Positions 9,100 to 19,803 of a stretch of DNA of 64,000 nucleotides are shown in pieces. Below the pieces are notes generated by a model that had not been told where the DNA came from, searched no databases, and saw only the letters and a program-made list of their open reading frames with translations. Both the position numbers and the translations under genes were made by a program. This DNA comes from an uncultured bacterium (GTDB taxonomy: Bacteria > Zhuqueibacterota > QNDG01 > CAYUAG01), in assembly GCA_964442615.1 (NCBI GenBank), contig CAYUAG010000003.1:2346-66345 (forward strand), read 5' to 3'. Numbering within the stretch: the first letter of the stretch is position 1; every line of letters starts with the position of its first letter.

Positions 9100-10392
9100 A
9101 TGAATTTAATCAAGAAATTCGTTCTTTTATTCCTTTTATGCTTTCTTTTAATTTTGTCTGCATTTACTCAAGAAATTCAAGAAACAGCAGGAAAAGCTTT
9201 AACACAAAATTCCAAGCAAGAAATTATTGTCCGGCATTTTTCCAGAAACAGGAAAGTGATCCCTCTTTATTATCAAAACGGCAAACTGCAGATTTCCAGT
9301 ATCAAACTATCTGATATGGTTATTACAAATAATAGTGATGTAATGCAGCGATTAGAGAAAGTTGAGGTCATTGTAAAAGGTGTGGAATCCGTATTGGCCA
9401 TCTATCATTTATCAGGTGATGAAATGAAAGAACTATCAGCAAAAATCGGTCATCAAATTGAGGTTCTTAGGCAGGCCGATGAGCTGTATAGACTAAAGGA
9501 AATATTCGGAGAGATGGTCATTCCCCAGAATGGTTTTTCAGATTCCAATACAATACAACCTGAAGAGAGTTTTCTCGCTCCTCTTTCTCGCCTTGTTTTC
9601 ATACATTATATCGGTAAGGAAAAAATCGATGATATTCAACTGTCATTTACTTTTCAGAATAATTCCAGAAAAACACAGATAACCTACCCGGTCGGTGTAA
9701 CACCCTATCAAACAAAGGGTAAATATATCTGCCCGGTCAGAGGTTCAATCAATATGGTCAATCTACCCACAAATCTGGTGCAGCACCGGGCCAGCACCTT
9801 TCAGGAGTTTGCCATAGATATCTGGGATGTCCAGTTGGATGAAAATATCAAAGAATACACCAATTCAAAACCCAATCCATCCGAACTTTCAGATTACTAT
9901 ATCTATAATCGCGAAGTGATAGCCCCGGCCGATGGCATCGTTGTTGAAGTAGGAGACCAGTTTCCCGAGGAATTAATGAAGGATCCGGCTGCATTGACGG
10001 CAGAATATTTCCAACAACTCAGAAAAAAATTGGTCCCTGAAATCGGTTTTCCGAACTTTGTTCGAGGTAACTATATTATTATCGACCACCAGAACGGCGA
10101 ATATAGTTTTTACGGCCATCTGAGTGAGGGAAGCATAAAAGTTGAAATCGGTGATACAGTAAAACAGGGAGAAGTGATTGCCAGGGTGGGCAATACCGGA
10201 CATTCCGATGCCCCTCATTTGCATTTTCATCTCATGGATTCACCACATTGTTATGAAGCGAATGGATTACCTGTAGTTTTCGAAGATATACCAAATACGG
10301 CCATGGGGTTTGATATTTCCAAAACAAATTCATTAGTTCATTCTGATTTTTTATATTTATTTCTGAAAATATCTAATAAACTTGGAGACTAA
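9100..10392 (+). CDS. Secreted M23 (LytM/lysostaphin-like) metallopeptidase with an N-terminal domain of unknown function
   Basis: Canonical M23 block YGHLSEGSIKVEIGDTVKQGEVIARVGNTGHSDAPHLHFHL. ATG at 9100 is preferred over the GTG at 9088 (a GAGGT RBS precedes 9100). Signal peptide present. Confidence 0.7.
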   Translation: MNLIKKFVLLFLLCFLLILSAFTQEIQETAGKALTQNSKQEIIVRHFSRNRKVIPLYYQNGKLQISSIKLSDMVITNNSDVMQRLEKVEVIVKGVESVLAIYHLSGDEMKELSAKIGHQIEVLRQADELYRLKEIFGEMVIPQNGFSDSNTIQPEESFLAPLSRLVFIHYIGKEKIDDIQLSFTFQNNSRKTQITYPVGVTPYQTKGKYICPVRGSINMVNLPTNLVQHRASTFQEFAIDIWDVQLDENIKEYTNSKPNPSELSDYYIYNREVIAPADGIVVEVGDQFPEELMKDPAALTAEYFQQLRKKLVPEIGFPNFVRGNYIIIDHQNGEYSFYGHLSEGSIKVEIGDTVKQGEVIARVGNTGHSDAPHLHFHLMDSPHCYEANGLPVVFEDIPNTAMGFDISKTNSLVHSDFLYLFLKISNKLGD

Positions 10393-10726
10393 CATGGAAA
10401 TTAAAAACGTTCCTTTTACTATTATAGACTGGGGAATGATAGAACCAGTTGAACACAAAGGAGAATCTGGTACATCTTTTTGGAGGGTATTTGAAGAAGG
10501 TAATATTAGAGTACGGATGGTTGAATATTCACCCGGATTTCGATCTGATCATTATTGTCCACGCGGGCATATCCTGCTGGTCCTGGAAGGAGAATTTTTT
10601 ATCAAGCTTAAAAAAGGGCAAATATTTCAATTATATTCTGGTACCAGCTTTCAAGTTGCCGATGACGAATCCAACCCACATTTAGCGTATACAGAAAAAG
10701 GGGCAAAGGTGTTTATTGTAGATTAA
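10382..10726 (+). CDS. Small cupin-domain protein
   Basis: 114 aa with the cupin His block (DHYCPRGHILLVLEGEF...GQIFQL..GTSFQ). Overlaps the M23 gene by 11 nt, consistent with operon coupling. Confidence 0.5.
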   Translation: METNMEIKNVPFTIIDWGMIEPVEHKGESGTSFWRVFEEGNIRVRMVEYSPGFRSDHYCPRGHILLVLEGEFFIKLKKGQIFQLYSGTSFQVADDESNPHLAYTEKGAKVFIVD

Positions 10727-10782
10727 ATTATAGTGAGAAATATTAATGAAAATGAAGGTGTTTCATTATTAGTTTAAAATCC

Positions 10783-10808
10783 AACATTACACTTGTAATG
10801 TTTTTTTA
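10783..10808. terminator. Rho-independent terminator between convergent genes
   Basis: AACATTAC-ACTT-GTAATGTT hairpin followed directly by TTTTTTT. Lies between the cupin gene (+, ends 10726) and the minus-strand OM protein gene (ends 10877). Confidence 0.5.
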
Positions 10809-10876
10809 CATTTTACTTTTAATGTCCTATTCAGCACAAAACAGACTATCAATTTTTAAAACATTCTTTCTGAAAC

Positions 10877-13309
10877 CTAAAATGACATCCCAATTAAATT
10901 CAAGTTAAATCCAAAATAGTTATTATTGTTTATAAGATTTTGGGTTCCGTCAAATCTAACAGAGAGAAATTTGAATTTCATCACCAGAGATATACCCAAT
11001 TCATGGTGAAATTCATTTTTATAACTTGGTGCATAATTTTGCTTAATACGGTCTAATCTTTCTTCATTGATCCATGTCCTTCCCGAAGCGCCCTGAACTA
11101 TAAACTCATATTTATTTCTAGAAAAATATTTTAATCCTACAATTTCAAAGGGAATGGATTTGAAGTTATGCTCCCAGAAAATTCCGATTTTTTTTTCACC
11201 TTCAAGCGGTTTATTAATCAAGGTTTTAAAAATTCCAAAGGATGAATAGGAAAAAATACTACCATCGATGATGGAAAATCTCTGTAAAGGCATAGATCCT
11301 GTGTACGTAGATGCTTCAATTCGAACTCTGAGATAATTATGATCCGATCTTCGTTTAAAAAATGTGGTTAGTCTATAATCACATAAAAAATTACATTGAG
11401 TAAAATCGAAGTCACTATTTAAATATTTTGGTGAACTGTGTTCGATCTGCAACTCAATTTTGTCAGTCCTATCACCAAAAATTTTTTCCATCTCAGGTTC
11501 ATTATAAGCTTGGTGGTAAGCAAATTGAAATTTTACTGAATTCAACCTGCCGTCATCAATTGCAGGATTTTCTCTTTGTGCATATTCTTTACTCAGAATA
11601 TTCCAGTTTGATTTTTTTATAATTGATGAATTGTTTTCACTATTAAACACAAATGAAACTTCACTTCTTATATTTTCAAAGCTGTATATTAAACCGGTAG
11701 TAATTCTTTTATTTTGATAATAATCAAAATAATCATACCTTCCCAGAAGTGGTAAAAAACTTGTGACTAATTGTGAATAGTGCATTGAACCATACCTGGT
11801 ATCGGTTTTATCATAAAAACCGGCAAAAATACATTTATTTTCATCATCTTTATGTATCAAGTATTTCAGTTGGGTCTGGTAATACAATCTTTTGGAATAG
11901 GTTTGATAACCTCCGACTGTACTTAAAAGATAGTGATCATGAAATCGATAATTATATTTTATTCCCAGGTTGAGACCCTCAACTCGATTATACCATCCCT
12001 GGAAACCCAAATCAGTACTGGATTGTATGGGTGTATAACTGCCGTGTTCACTTAAGCCAATCTCAAGATCTTTTTCTTTACTCTTAAAATAGGATGCCAG
12101 AATTCCTGTGGGCGGGAATGATTTAATCAAAGTCATAGTGGTGTCAGGATTGGTATGAGCTTCAAGTTCTCTTGAGGTTAAAGGCACTTTTTCAAAGTTC
12201 TCAAAGGCACGGTCATTATTATAAATTTTTAAGGAACTTTGAGAAGATGTGGTTATCGTATCCAATCTAACCATCTTACTGGTAACATCTACATTAATCT
12301 CATAATTGGAAAGCCTGGAAATCTTACTGAATATTGCTTTTGGAAAAGCAATCAATCCCATATCAACTTCAAAAACTTCTTTAACCCGGGAATCAATAGG
12401 CAGCCAGAATTCCTTGCCAAAATTATTGAATTGCTGCTGGTAATTTCCCTGAAAATATTTCAGCATGGTAAAAAAATTCATATTCCCGCTATTTTTCAAA
12501 TCGACTTCAATCATGGCAAAATCCTCATCAAGCACGGAAATTCTACCTGAAAATAGCGGCTGTAATCTGGTTTTGGGTTTGACCAGGATATCAAAAACTG
12601 TCTTGTTATTCAGATTCCTTTCTCCTCTTAATTCAAAATTATAATATGTAAAGGCATCAGGATGCGTCGGCCCCACGAATGTATGATTGATTAACTGAAT
12701 GTTGTCATGGTAAAAGTTATAAATATTTTTAGAGCCAACATTCAACTCGGTCAAATAGCTCATCCGTTTGGAACTTTTTTTGGCGATGAACTCCTCACGC
12801 GAGCCCATTTCCGAATCCCAATAAAGTTTTGATACCGACTCTGACAAGGAAACAATAGATGTATCATTTTCGACTTTTGTTCGGGTATAGGCTTTAGCTG
12901 TGTATGATTTTAATTTTTTTTGCCATTTGATTTTATTGGCGATTACTTTTCTCATGATCCTTATGGCCGGATCTTCTCGGCTCCCGGTAATTACAATGCT
13001 TTTCAATTCCAGGACAATCGGATTTAATGAAATATTCAGTTTGTTTTCACCTAAATTCTCTAATTTGATTTTTCTGGTCTCATAGCCAATATAATAAACG
13101 ATAACCATTGAGGGAATGGTTGGAATTTCCAGCGAATAATGTCCATCCTGGTTGGAGGTTGTGCCGATATAGGTGTCTTCTATATAAATATTAGCATAAG
13201 TTAGCGGTTCGTTTGTATCAGCATCTTTGATTATTCCATGAATGCTATTTTGTGAAAAGACATTATTTACAGAAAAAAAAATTATTATGCAAAAATAAAT
13301 GTTCTTCAT
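10877..13309 (-). CDS. Outer-membrane-associated protein with an N-terminal carboxypeptidase-regulatory-like (CarboxypepD_reg) domain, DUF5686-like
   Basis: Signal peptide, then GIIKDADTNEPLTYANIYIEDTYIGTTSNQDGHYSLEIP (CarboxypepD_reg consensus). The remainder of the 810 aa is rich in beta-strand-like Y/F/N/G segments, as in Bacteroidota DUF5686 proteins. Confidence 0.45.
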   Translation of the reverse strand: MKNIYFCIIIFFSVNNVFSQNSIHGIIKDADTNEPLTYANIYIEDTYIGTTSNQDGHYSLEIPTIPSMVIVYYIGYETRKIKLENLGENKLNISLNPIVLELKSIVITGSREDPAIRIMRKVIANKIKWQKKLKSYTAKAYTRTKVENDTSIVSLSESVSKLYWDSEMGSREEFIAKKSSKRMSYLTELNVGSKNIYNFYHDNIQLINHTFVGPTHPDAFTYYNFELRGERNLNNKTVFDILVKPKTRLQPLFSGRISVLDEDFAMIEVDLKNSGNMNFFTMLKYFQGNYQQQFNNFGKEFWLPIDSRVKEVFEVDMGLIAFPKAIFSKISRLSNYEINVDVTSKMVRLDTITTSSQSSLKIYNNDRAFENFEKVPLTSRELEAHTNPDTTMTLIKSFPPTGILASYFKSKEKDLEIGLSEHGSYTPIQSSTDLGFQGWYNRVEGLNLGIKYNYRFHDHYLLSTVGGYQTYSKRLYYQTQLKYLIHKDDENKCIFAGFYDKTDTRYGSMHYSQLVTSFLPLLGRYDYFDYYQNKRITTGLIYSFENIRSEVSFVFNSENNSSIIKKSNWNILSKEYAQRENPAIDDGRLNSVKFQFAYHQAYNEPEMEKIFGDRTDKIELQIEHSSPKYLNSDFDFTQCNFLCDYRLTTFFKRRSDHNYLRVRIEASTYTGSMPLQRFSIIDGSIFSYSSFGIFKTLINKPLEGEKKIGIFWEHNFKSIPFEIVGLKYFSRNKYEFIVQGASGRTWINEERLDRIKQNYAPSYKNEFHHELGISLVMKFKFLSVRFDGTQNLINNNNYFGFNLNLIGMSF

Positions 13310-13326
13310 TTTAATCTATTTCTTGA

Positions 13327-16300
13327 TTATTCTGATACAGCTACTTTTTTCATATTATTATCCCGATTTCGATCAATTAGAATCAGGTAAGGATCAATCC
13401 CTGCCTGAACAGGTTGTTTATCCACAATAATGTCAAATTGTTGTGTATTTTTAGTGAATTTATGTTTTTTCAAATAAAGCTCTTCCTCATCTTTTCCCAA
13501 TACGCCGATATAAATATAATCATTTAAGGGAATTTCAGTCTGTTTACCATTGCTATCAGCACGAAATTTATGAGAGGATACTTTAAAACTTACTCGATAT
13601 TTTCCTGTATGTAATGCTCTATAGTTTGCTGTGAGGACCTGGTTTTCATGCAAAGTGATTGTTTCAAATAAATCAGTGATAATATACTGAAGACTATCCG
13701 GTGTATTTTCCCTGAAAGCTGAGATTATATCCAAGGAGTTTATAAAGGAATTTTCTCTACGACCATATTTATCAATAATACATTTCAATGCTTTATTAAC
13801 ATTCTCTTCTCCGATATAATTCTGCAATGCATACATTGCAACCATACTTTTGGCATAAGTTATGTAATATCTCATAAATTGGCGTACAAGTGTCCGTTCC
13901 CCTTCTGTATCGTTTTTGCGCCCCCGCAAGTAATCATCCATTACTTCGCCCAACTGTTTTCTTGCCATTGCTTTGCCGTACTCCTTTTCCAGACACATAA
14001 TCCAGACATATTGGCAAATTGCTTCGGTCGTCAATTCACAACCTTCTGCAAAAGATGGAGCAACGATATAGGGCCACCAGTTATGGGTAATTTCATGGGC
14101 TGCAATGCCAAACATCTGATCATTAGCTTCAGGATCTTCAATATTATCTATGAAAACCGCACTTTCAGTCCAGACTACCATGGAAGGTTGGGAACGGGCA
14201 CCAAAAGCATAATAGTTTGGGATTTCGGCAATGCGGAATGCAGAATAGGGATATTGACAAAAATTGCTGGAACAATAATTCAACGAACTTTTCATTCCTT
14301 TAATAAGGCGCTGAATATTCCAGTGGTGTTTCTTGTAATAGTACACTTCCACTAAAACCCCATCCTGTTCATCCGTCGCCACTTCGTATTCTCCGGAAAC
14401 AATCGAAATTTCATTTTTCATGGGGATATCTGTTTGATAATGAAAATAATTTCTATCCTGATCCTTCCATTGTTTCATGAGATTTCCATTGGAAACAATA
14501 GTTTGCGAACTATCGGTGCTTATAATCGCATCATAAGTCGTATTTGAAAAATTCCACTTATTCTCTTCCTTTTCCAGAGGGGGATATTCAGGACGTTCCG
14601 GTAAACCGTATTTCTTTCTTTCAAAGTTCTTTTCGATTTCGATCAACCGATTATAGCCGATGCCAGGGAAATATTCATTGGGTCCCCATCCGCCGCTTAA
14701 AAATAAACAAGTTCCGTTGTAAGCCAGTTCATTCTTTGGATTACTCTCTGTAAACCCGATTGTCCGAGCCTCAAGATCGAAGGTAAGAACAATCTCATTT
14801 CCGGGATTCAAAGGCTTTCCCAACCTGTAAATACGAAAACCATATTCTTTATCTTGATAGGTGAGGTCAGCAGGCTGAGAGAATTCAAGCTGATTGATTT
14901 TAGTGATCTTCCAGTCCGGTAAATTGACAAACAGGGTATCAATCGCTTTATTTGTTTTATTCCTCAGGGAATAATATCCTTTGATTAAAACATTACGTTG
15001 TTTGGGGAAAATATCCACATTCAATTTAATATGTTCAATTTTCGGTTGAACTGTTAGCAAAAATTTCGAATATTTTTTTTCATAATCAGCTTGCATCTGG
15101 ATAGAATGATCCTCTGACCGGTATTGGTTCAATATGTACTTGTTGTAATAAATGGTTGAACCGGTCACTAAAAAAAGAATTACCAGTATAGCTAAGGCTA
15201 TTTTGTGAGAATGCCGGAGATTTTGAAAGGCAATCCTGATCCTGTATTTCAACCTGGTTTCTTCATTCCTGCGCCAGGTCAGGGAGGAAATAATTCCTAA
15301 AATAAAAGCAAATATCAGCCAATACAGGGTATACCATAATATAATTGGTCCATAATGGCCGTATCCATTCATATTGGAATAAATAATTGATGGTATATAA
15401 CCATATCTTAATAAAATATTATCATATCCGGAGACCATAAATATCAGAATGTCTGCTATGAAATAGAGTGCACAAATAAAAAATCCCAGGTATTTGTTTT
15501 TAACAAGATTTTGAATAAGCAAAATCATAATCCCGATGTGCCAATAATTAATAAGATGGATACCAAAGACTTGCTTCAGATAAAGACCTAATTCAATATC
15601 TGTCCAGCGCAGAATAACAACCTGGGTAAAAATTCCTGTTGCCATAATCATAATCACAAAAAAAGTAATAATGCTCATTAAGGCAAAAAGTTTGGAAAGA
15701 TAGTTCAGCCATTCAGGTGTGGGCAAAGTATCATAAAATTGATGCGAATTATTATCTCTCTCCCGCCAGACAATCACCCCGCCGAAAAAAATGATCATCG
15801 GGATAATATACACCCATATATAATCCATTTGCTGTAAAAAATATGATGTGAGAGGATAGCGATTATCATCACCAAAACCAACATTTGCATAAAAATTGAC
15901 AAAAATATTAGCCATAGCCATTATTGTGAGAATGATAAATGCGGGGTGAAATACAATTCGTTTAAACTCGCGACCAACGAGGTGGAAGCATTTTTTAAGT
16001 TGAAGGGTAAAAGAATTATCGATTGTAGATGTTTTTATTGGTTCTGAACAAGTGGTTGATTTTAATTCAAAATCGTTTGAATTGGAAATAACTCTATTTT
16101 TTTTACTCTCAAGGATGGAGATGAATTTGAATTTATTCCAGGTAAAATAAATAATAGCAAAACTAACAGTCAACCAGATTCCCCGGTTTAATAACAACCA
16201 ACCGGATAGAGGCATGGTGTTTGTGTTAATTTCAGAAACCGTCCAGTATTTTGTTAACACACCAAGCGATGAAATGGCAAAAGGATCTGCTAATATCCTG

Positions 16301-16911
16301 ATGGTATCATTATCCAGAAAGGTAAGACCCAATGAAATGAATCCATAAACAATCAGCAAACCAATTCCTGCTATGTAGGTCATCACCATTTTACGAGTAA
16401 TAGTTGCCAGAGAGAAAAAAATGCTGCCAATCAGAAAAAGATTGGGAATAAGAATAAAAATTATAGGGAGCATAAATCCAGATAGACTGAAGGAACCATA
16501 ATATTTCGGATCAATCACCAGGCAGCCAATTATTAAACCAATGATAGCTCCAGAAAAGATCATCAGGTTGGCAAAGAGCCCACCCAGAAAACGTCCGCCC
16601 AGATAAGCAGCTTTACTCATGGGGATGGTGAAAAAAAAGTCATGAATTTTGGCACGGAAATCTTTGGTAACTGCTCTTCCCATCATCATAATGGTGATTA
16701 AAATACCATACACACTTAAAAGTGCAAAAAATCTGGCGATGATTAAAGGTGCATTGTGCCATTCTCTACCAATCGGTATTGCGACTACTGTATTTGGATC
16801 GATATTGGAAGCAAAAATGTAAGTGTATATTAAATAAATGGTTGTAAAAATATAAAAAGAAATGTTTTTCAAATTTTTCTTTAATTCTGTTATGAATATT
16901 ACTTTAAACAT
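13327..16911 (-). CDS. ABC-2-type permease (about 13 predicted TM segments, duplicated 6-TM ABC-2 module) fused to a C-terminal M1-like (gluzincin) zinc peptidase domain
   Basis: 1194 aa. The first ~560 aa hold two sets of about six hydrophobic helices plus a 13th TM (KIALAILVILFLVTGSTIYY) just before the soluble domain. The C-terminal ~600 aa carry HEITHNWW...E (HEXXH plus a downstream Glu, the M1/aminopeptidase-N-like zincin signature). Paralog of 21291-24989. Sits immediately downstream of an ABC ATPase. Confidence 0.7.
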   Translation of the reverse strand: MFKVIFITELKKNLKNISFYIFTTIYLIYTYIFASNIDPNTVVAIPIGREWHNAPLIIARFFALLSVYGILITIMMMGRAVTKDFRAKIHDFFFTIPMSKAAYLGGRFLGGLFANLMIFSGAIIGLIIGCLVIDPKYYGSFSLSGFMLPIIFILIPNLFLIGSIFFSLATITRKMVMTYIAGIGLLIVYGFISLGLTFLDNDTIRILADPFAISSLGVLTKYWTVSEINTNTMPLSGWLLLNRGIWLTVSFAIIYFTWNKFKFISILESKKNRVISNSNDFELKSTTCSEPIKTSTIDNSFTLQLKKCFHLVGREFKRIVFHPAFIILTIMAMANIFVNFYANVGFGDDNRYPLTSYFLQQMDYIWVYIIPMIIFFGGVIVWRERDNNSHQFYDTLPTPEWLNYLSKLFALMSIITFFVIMIMATGIFTQVVILRWTDIELGLYLKQVFGIHLINYWHIGIMILLIQNLVKNKYLGFFICALYFIADILIFMVSGYDNILLRYGYIPSIIYSNMNGYGHYGPIILWYTLYWLIFAFILGIISSLTWRRNEETRLKYRIRIAFQNLRHSHKIALAILVILFLVTGSTIYYNKYILNQYRSEDHSIQMQADYEKKYSKFLLTVQPKIEHIKLNVDIFPKQRNVLIKGYYSLRNKTNKAIDTLFVNLPDWKITKINQLEFSQPADLTYQDKEYGFRIYRLGKPLNPGNEIVLTFDLEARTIGFTESNPKNELAYNGTCLFLSGGWGPNEYFPGIGYNRLIEIEKNFERKKYGLPERPEYPPLEKEENKWNFSNTTYDAIISTDSSQTIVSNGNLMKQWKDQDRNYFHYQTDIPMKNEISIVSGEYEVATDEQDGVLVEVYYYKKHHWNIQRLIKGMKSSLNYCSSNFCQYPYSAFRIAEIPNYYAFGARSQPSMVVWTESAVFIDNIEDPEANDQMFGIAAHEITHNWWPYIVAPSFAEGCELTTEAICQYVWIMCLEKEYGKAMARKQLGEVMDDYLRGRKNDTEGERTLVRQFMRYYITYAKSMVAMYALQNYIGEENVNKALKCIIDKYGRRENSFINSLDIISAFRENTPDSLQYIITDLFETITLHENQVLTANYRALHTGKYRVSFKVSSHKFRADSNGKQTEIPLNDYIYIGVLGKDEEELYLKKHKFTKNTQQFDIIVDKQPVQAGIDPYLILIDRNRDNNMKKVAVSE

Positions 16912-17002
16912 TTACATACTCCATGGATATTACTAATGATTTGTTGTCTGTTGTTCCTTAAATAAATTTTCTCCTGTCAAAGAATGATAGATTTATGGAT
17001 AA

Positions 17003-17869
17003 TTAGTTATTCAAATGATAAAAATAAACATCCTCTAAGGTCGCAGTAACAGATGAAAATCCATTTACCGGCTTAGTTTCACGATAAGCACGAATAAATG
17101 TTTTTCCTGCAAAAAGCCGGGTAGAAATAATATTGTATTTTTCCTGGTATTCACCCAAGTCGGTTTTTTTGATTTCCCTTTCCCAGATTTTTCCATCCAA
17201 TTGAGAAATCGCATCAAGTGTATTTTCTGTTAAAACAATCTTGCCCCTGTTAATTATTGCCATATTTGTACAAAGATCGCTGACATCATCTACAATATGG
17301 GTTGAAAGTATGACAACAATGTTTTCACCAATTTCACTCAACAGGTTATGAAAACGAACCCGTTCGGCAGGATCCAAACCGGCAGTGGGTTCATCAACAA
17401 TAATTAATTGGGGATTACCCAGTAATGCCTGGGCAATGCCAAAACGCTGTCTCATGCCATTTGAAAAAGTACCCAATTTTTGTTTTCTTTCTTTCCAGAG
17501 GTTTACTCGTTTCAAGAGCTGTTCTACTTTTAATTTGCGATCCTTTTTATCTCGTATTCCCTTTAATAAAGTGAAGTGCTCCAGCAGGTTATATGCATTC
17601 TCTTTAGGATAGAAACCAAAATCCTGTGGTAAATAACCAAGTATTTTTTTGACTTCGTTTTTCTGTTTTAAAACATCTATCTGGCCCAAACTAATTTTTC
17701 CTGAATCTGCTTCCTGCAGGGTAGCTATTGTTCTCATCAGTGTTGATTTTCCCGCTCCATTAGGCCCCAATAAACCGAACAGTCCGTTTGGGATTTCAAG
17801 TGATACATCATCCAAAGCTACTACACCATTGGCATAGGTTTTGGATAGATTTTTTATTGACAGTTTCAT
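17003..17869 (-). CDS. ABC transporter ATP-binding protein (partner of the permease-M1 fusion), with a conserved C-terminal extension of about 80 aa
   Basis: Walker A GPNGAGKST, signature FSNGMRQR, Walker B LIIVDEPTAGLD. About 70% identical to the ATPase at 20400. Confidence 0.85.
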   Translation of the reverse strand: MKLSIKNLSKTYANGVVALDDVSLEIPNGLFGLLGPNGAGKSTLMRTIATLQEADSGKISLGQIDVLKQKNEVKKILGYLPQDFGFYPKENAYNLLEHFTLLKGIRDKKDRKLKVEQLLKRVNLWKERKQKLGTFSNGMRQRFGIAQALLGNPQLIIVDEPTAGLDPAERVRFHNLLSEIGENIVVILSTHIVDDVSDLCTNMAIINRGKIVLTENTLDAISQLDGKIWEREIKKTDLGEYQEKYNIISTRLFAGKTFIRAYRETKPVNGFSSVTATLEDVYFYHLNN

Positions 17870-18073
17870 TATGCAATTACTCCTCTATTTTTTCATATTT
17901 TTTGAGTAGAACAAATACTCATTGTTTTAAATAAAATATGTCTTTTAAAACTCCAAAAAGCAAAAAAGAATGACAAACGAGTGCCGTACAATGATAAATG
18001 CTTTCTTTTACCTGGTGAACGACATAGGTCAAAAAACAGTTGTATTTAGTAATTAAAAGTGTATATTTGAAAT

Positions 18074-19087
18074 ATGAAATTCACCTTGAAGAACAAACTT
18101 TTGATGAAGCTGTGGGAAAACCAGCTTTTTCGTCATATATTCTATTGGATCTGTGGATTTATCTTTTTAATTTTAAATGTTATTATATGGGATAGTATTA
18201 CTAATGCTTATCTAATAGGATTAATAGTTATTGTACCAGGAATTATCCCGGTTTATCTCCATTTCTATTTACATAAACGATTCTTTAAACGAAGACAATA
18301 CCTGCCTTATATTTTTTTCATTGTCCTTATCCTCATTGGTTCTCAATTCTTTACGGAAGGCTTAATTCGTCTTATAGAAAAAGGTGAGGATACTCACACC
18401 TCCGGAGCAGCCACTGCTTTGTTTTATATTATACTTACAACTACTATAAAATATTATAAAAAGGGCGTAAAACAACAAGTTCGCCTGCAGGAAGCGGAAG
18501 CCAAACAACTTCAGACTGAACTGGTATTACTTAAATCCCAGGTTAATCCCCATTTCTTCTTCAACACTCTAAACAATCTGTATGCACTCAGTCTGGATCA
18601 ATCGAAACGGGTTCCGGAAGTGATTCTTAAGATATCTGATTTGATGCGTTACATACTGGAGAGTTCTAACAATAAGAAGGTTTTATTAACTCAGGAAGTC
18701 AACTTTGTACAGAATTATTTGTCATTGGAGAAACTTCGATTAAGTGTCAATAGTGATATTTCTTTTAATCTATCTGGTAACCCGGATGGAAAAACCATAG
18801 CTCCCATGCTTTTCATTCCCTTTATTGAAAACAGCTTTAAACATGGTATCTCTGCCTCAACCAGGAGCAATTATGTGCATATTGATTTGAAAATTCAAGA
18901 AAACGATCTATTCTTTTCGGTTGAGAACAATAAGCGGGAAAACTATAAAACAAAAGATCAATCATCATCAAAGTCAGGAATAATAAATGTAACCAGAAGA
19001 TTGCAACTATTGTATCCTGATAAACATAAACTGGATATTGAAGAAAATAAAAAATCTTACAGGGTTGATTTAAAAATCGAATTATGA
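18074..19087 (+). CDS. LytS/YehU-type sensor histidine kinase (His_kinase PF06580-like), membrane-embedded with no obvious extracytoplasmic sensor domain
   Basis: About 4 N-terminal TM helices, then the His-box region QVNPHFFFNTLNNLYAL characteristic of LytS-family kinases, then an ATPase-like C-terminus. Stop overlaps the start of the downstream LytTR regulator (ATGA). Confidence 0.75.
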   Translation: MKFTLKNKLLMKLWENQLFRHIFYWICGFIFLILNVIIWDSITNAYLIGLIVIVPGIIPVYLHFYLHKRFFKRRQYLPYIFFIVLILIGSQFFTEGLIRLIEKGEDTHTSGAATALFYIILTTTIKYYKKGVKQQVRLQEAEAKQLQTELVLLKSQVNPHFFFNTLNNLYALSLDQSKRVPEVILKISDLMRYILESSNNKKVLLTQEVNFVQNYLSLEKLRLSVNSDISFNLSGNPDGKTIAPMLFIPFIENSFKHGISASTRSNYVHIDLKIQENDLFFSVENNKRENYKTKDQSSSKSGIINVTRRLQLLYPDKHKLDIEENKKSYRVDLKIEL

Positions 19088-19803
19088 AAATGAAGTGTAT
19101 TGTCGTGGATGATGAGCCTTTGGCACAGAGAGTGCTGGAGAAATATATCTCGTCATTATCGTCATTGGAATTATTGAAAAAATGTAATAACGCTTTAGAG
19201 GCAATGGCGTTCTTGCATGAAAATAAAGTCGATATTATGTTTTTGGATATCAAAATGCCGGAGCTTACCGGCATCGAGTTTCTGAAAACCCTGACTCATC
19301 CTCCACAGATAATTATTACAACCGCTTATTCCCAGTATGCGGTGCAAAGTTATGAATTCTCGGTTATTGATTATTTACTTAAGCCCTTTTCATTTGAAAG
19401 GTTTTTAAAGGCAGTCAACAAGGTAATAAATAAAAAAGTGGAAAAAAACAGCACTTTGTCTGTAAATCCCGAACCTGTTCAAGATTTTATTTTTTTAAAA
19501 GCGGATAAAATCGATCATAAAATATTCTATTCCCAGATAAAATATATCGAAGGATGCGGAAATTATATAAAAATCTTTACTGATAATAAAATGCTTATGG
19601 TAGCCGAAACAATGACTGAAGTTGAAAAAAATCTGCCTAGGGAATTATTCATTAGAACCCATAAGTCCTTTATTGTTTCAATCAAAAAAATCGATCAGAT
19701 AGAAGGGAATATGATTCGTATTGGTGATAAAACTATTCCGATAGGAAATTATTACCGATTGTGTGTAAATACAATTCTTGATAAATATAATCTTAAAAAA
19801 TAA
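19084..19803 (+). CDS. LytTR-family two-component response regulator (REC + LytTR DNA-binding domain)
   Basis: N-terminal REC (IVVDDEPLAQ...DIMFLDIKMPELTG) with the phospho-acceptor Asp context. C-terminal LytTR domain (FIRTHKSFIVSIKKI). Confidence 0.8.
   Translation: MKMKCIVVDDEPLAQRVLEKYISSLSSLELLKKCNNALEAMAFLHENKVDIMFLDIKMPELTGIEFLKTLTHPPQIIITTAYSQYAVQSYEFSVIDYLLKPFSFERFLKAVNKVINKKVEKNSTLSVNPEPVQDFIFLKADKIDHKIFYSQIKYIEGCGNYIKIFTDNKMLMVAETMTEVEKNLPRELFIRTHKSFIVSIKKIDQIEGNMIRIGDKTIPIGNYYRLCVNTILDKYNLKK

Noticed and set aside
9027-9314. 95-aa ORF overlapping the start of the M23 peptidase gene
   Set aside because: It is out of frame with, and overlaps, the signal-peptide region of a strongly supported gene. 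There is no motif. It was treated as spurious.
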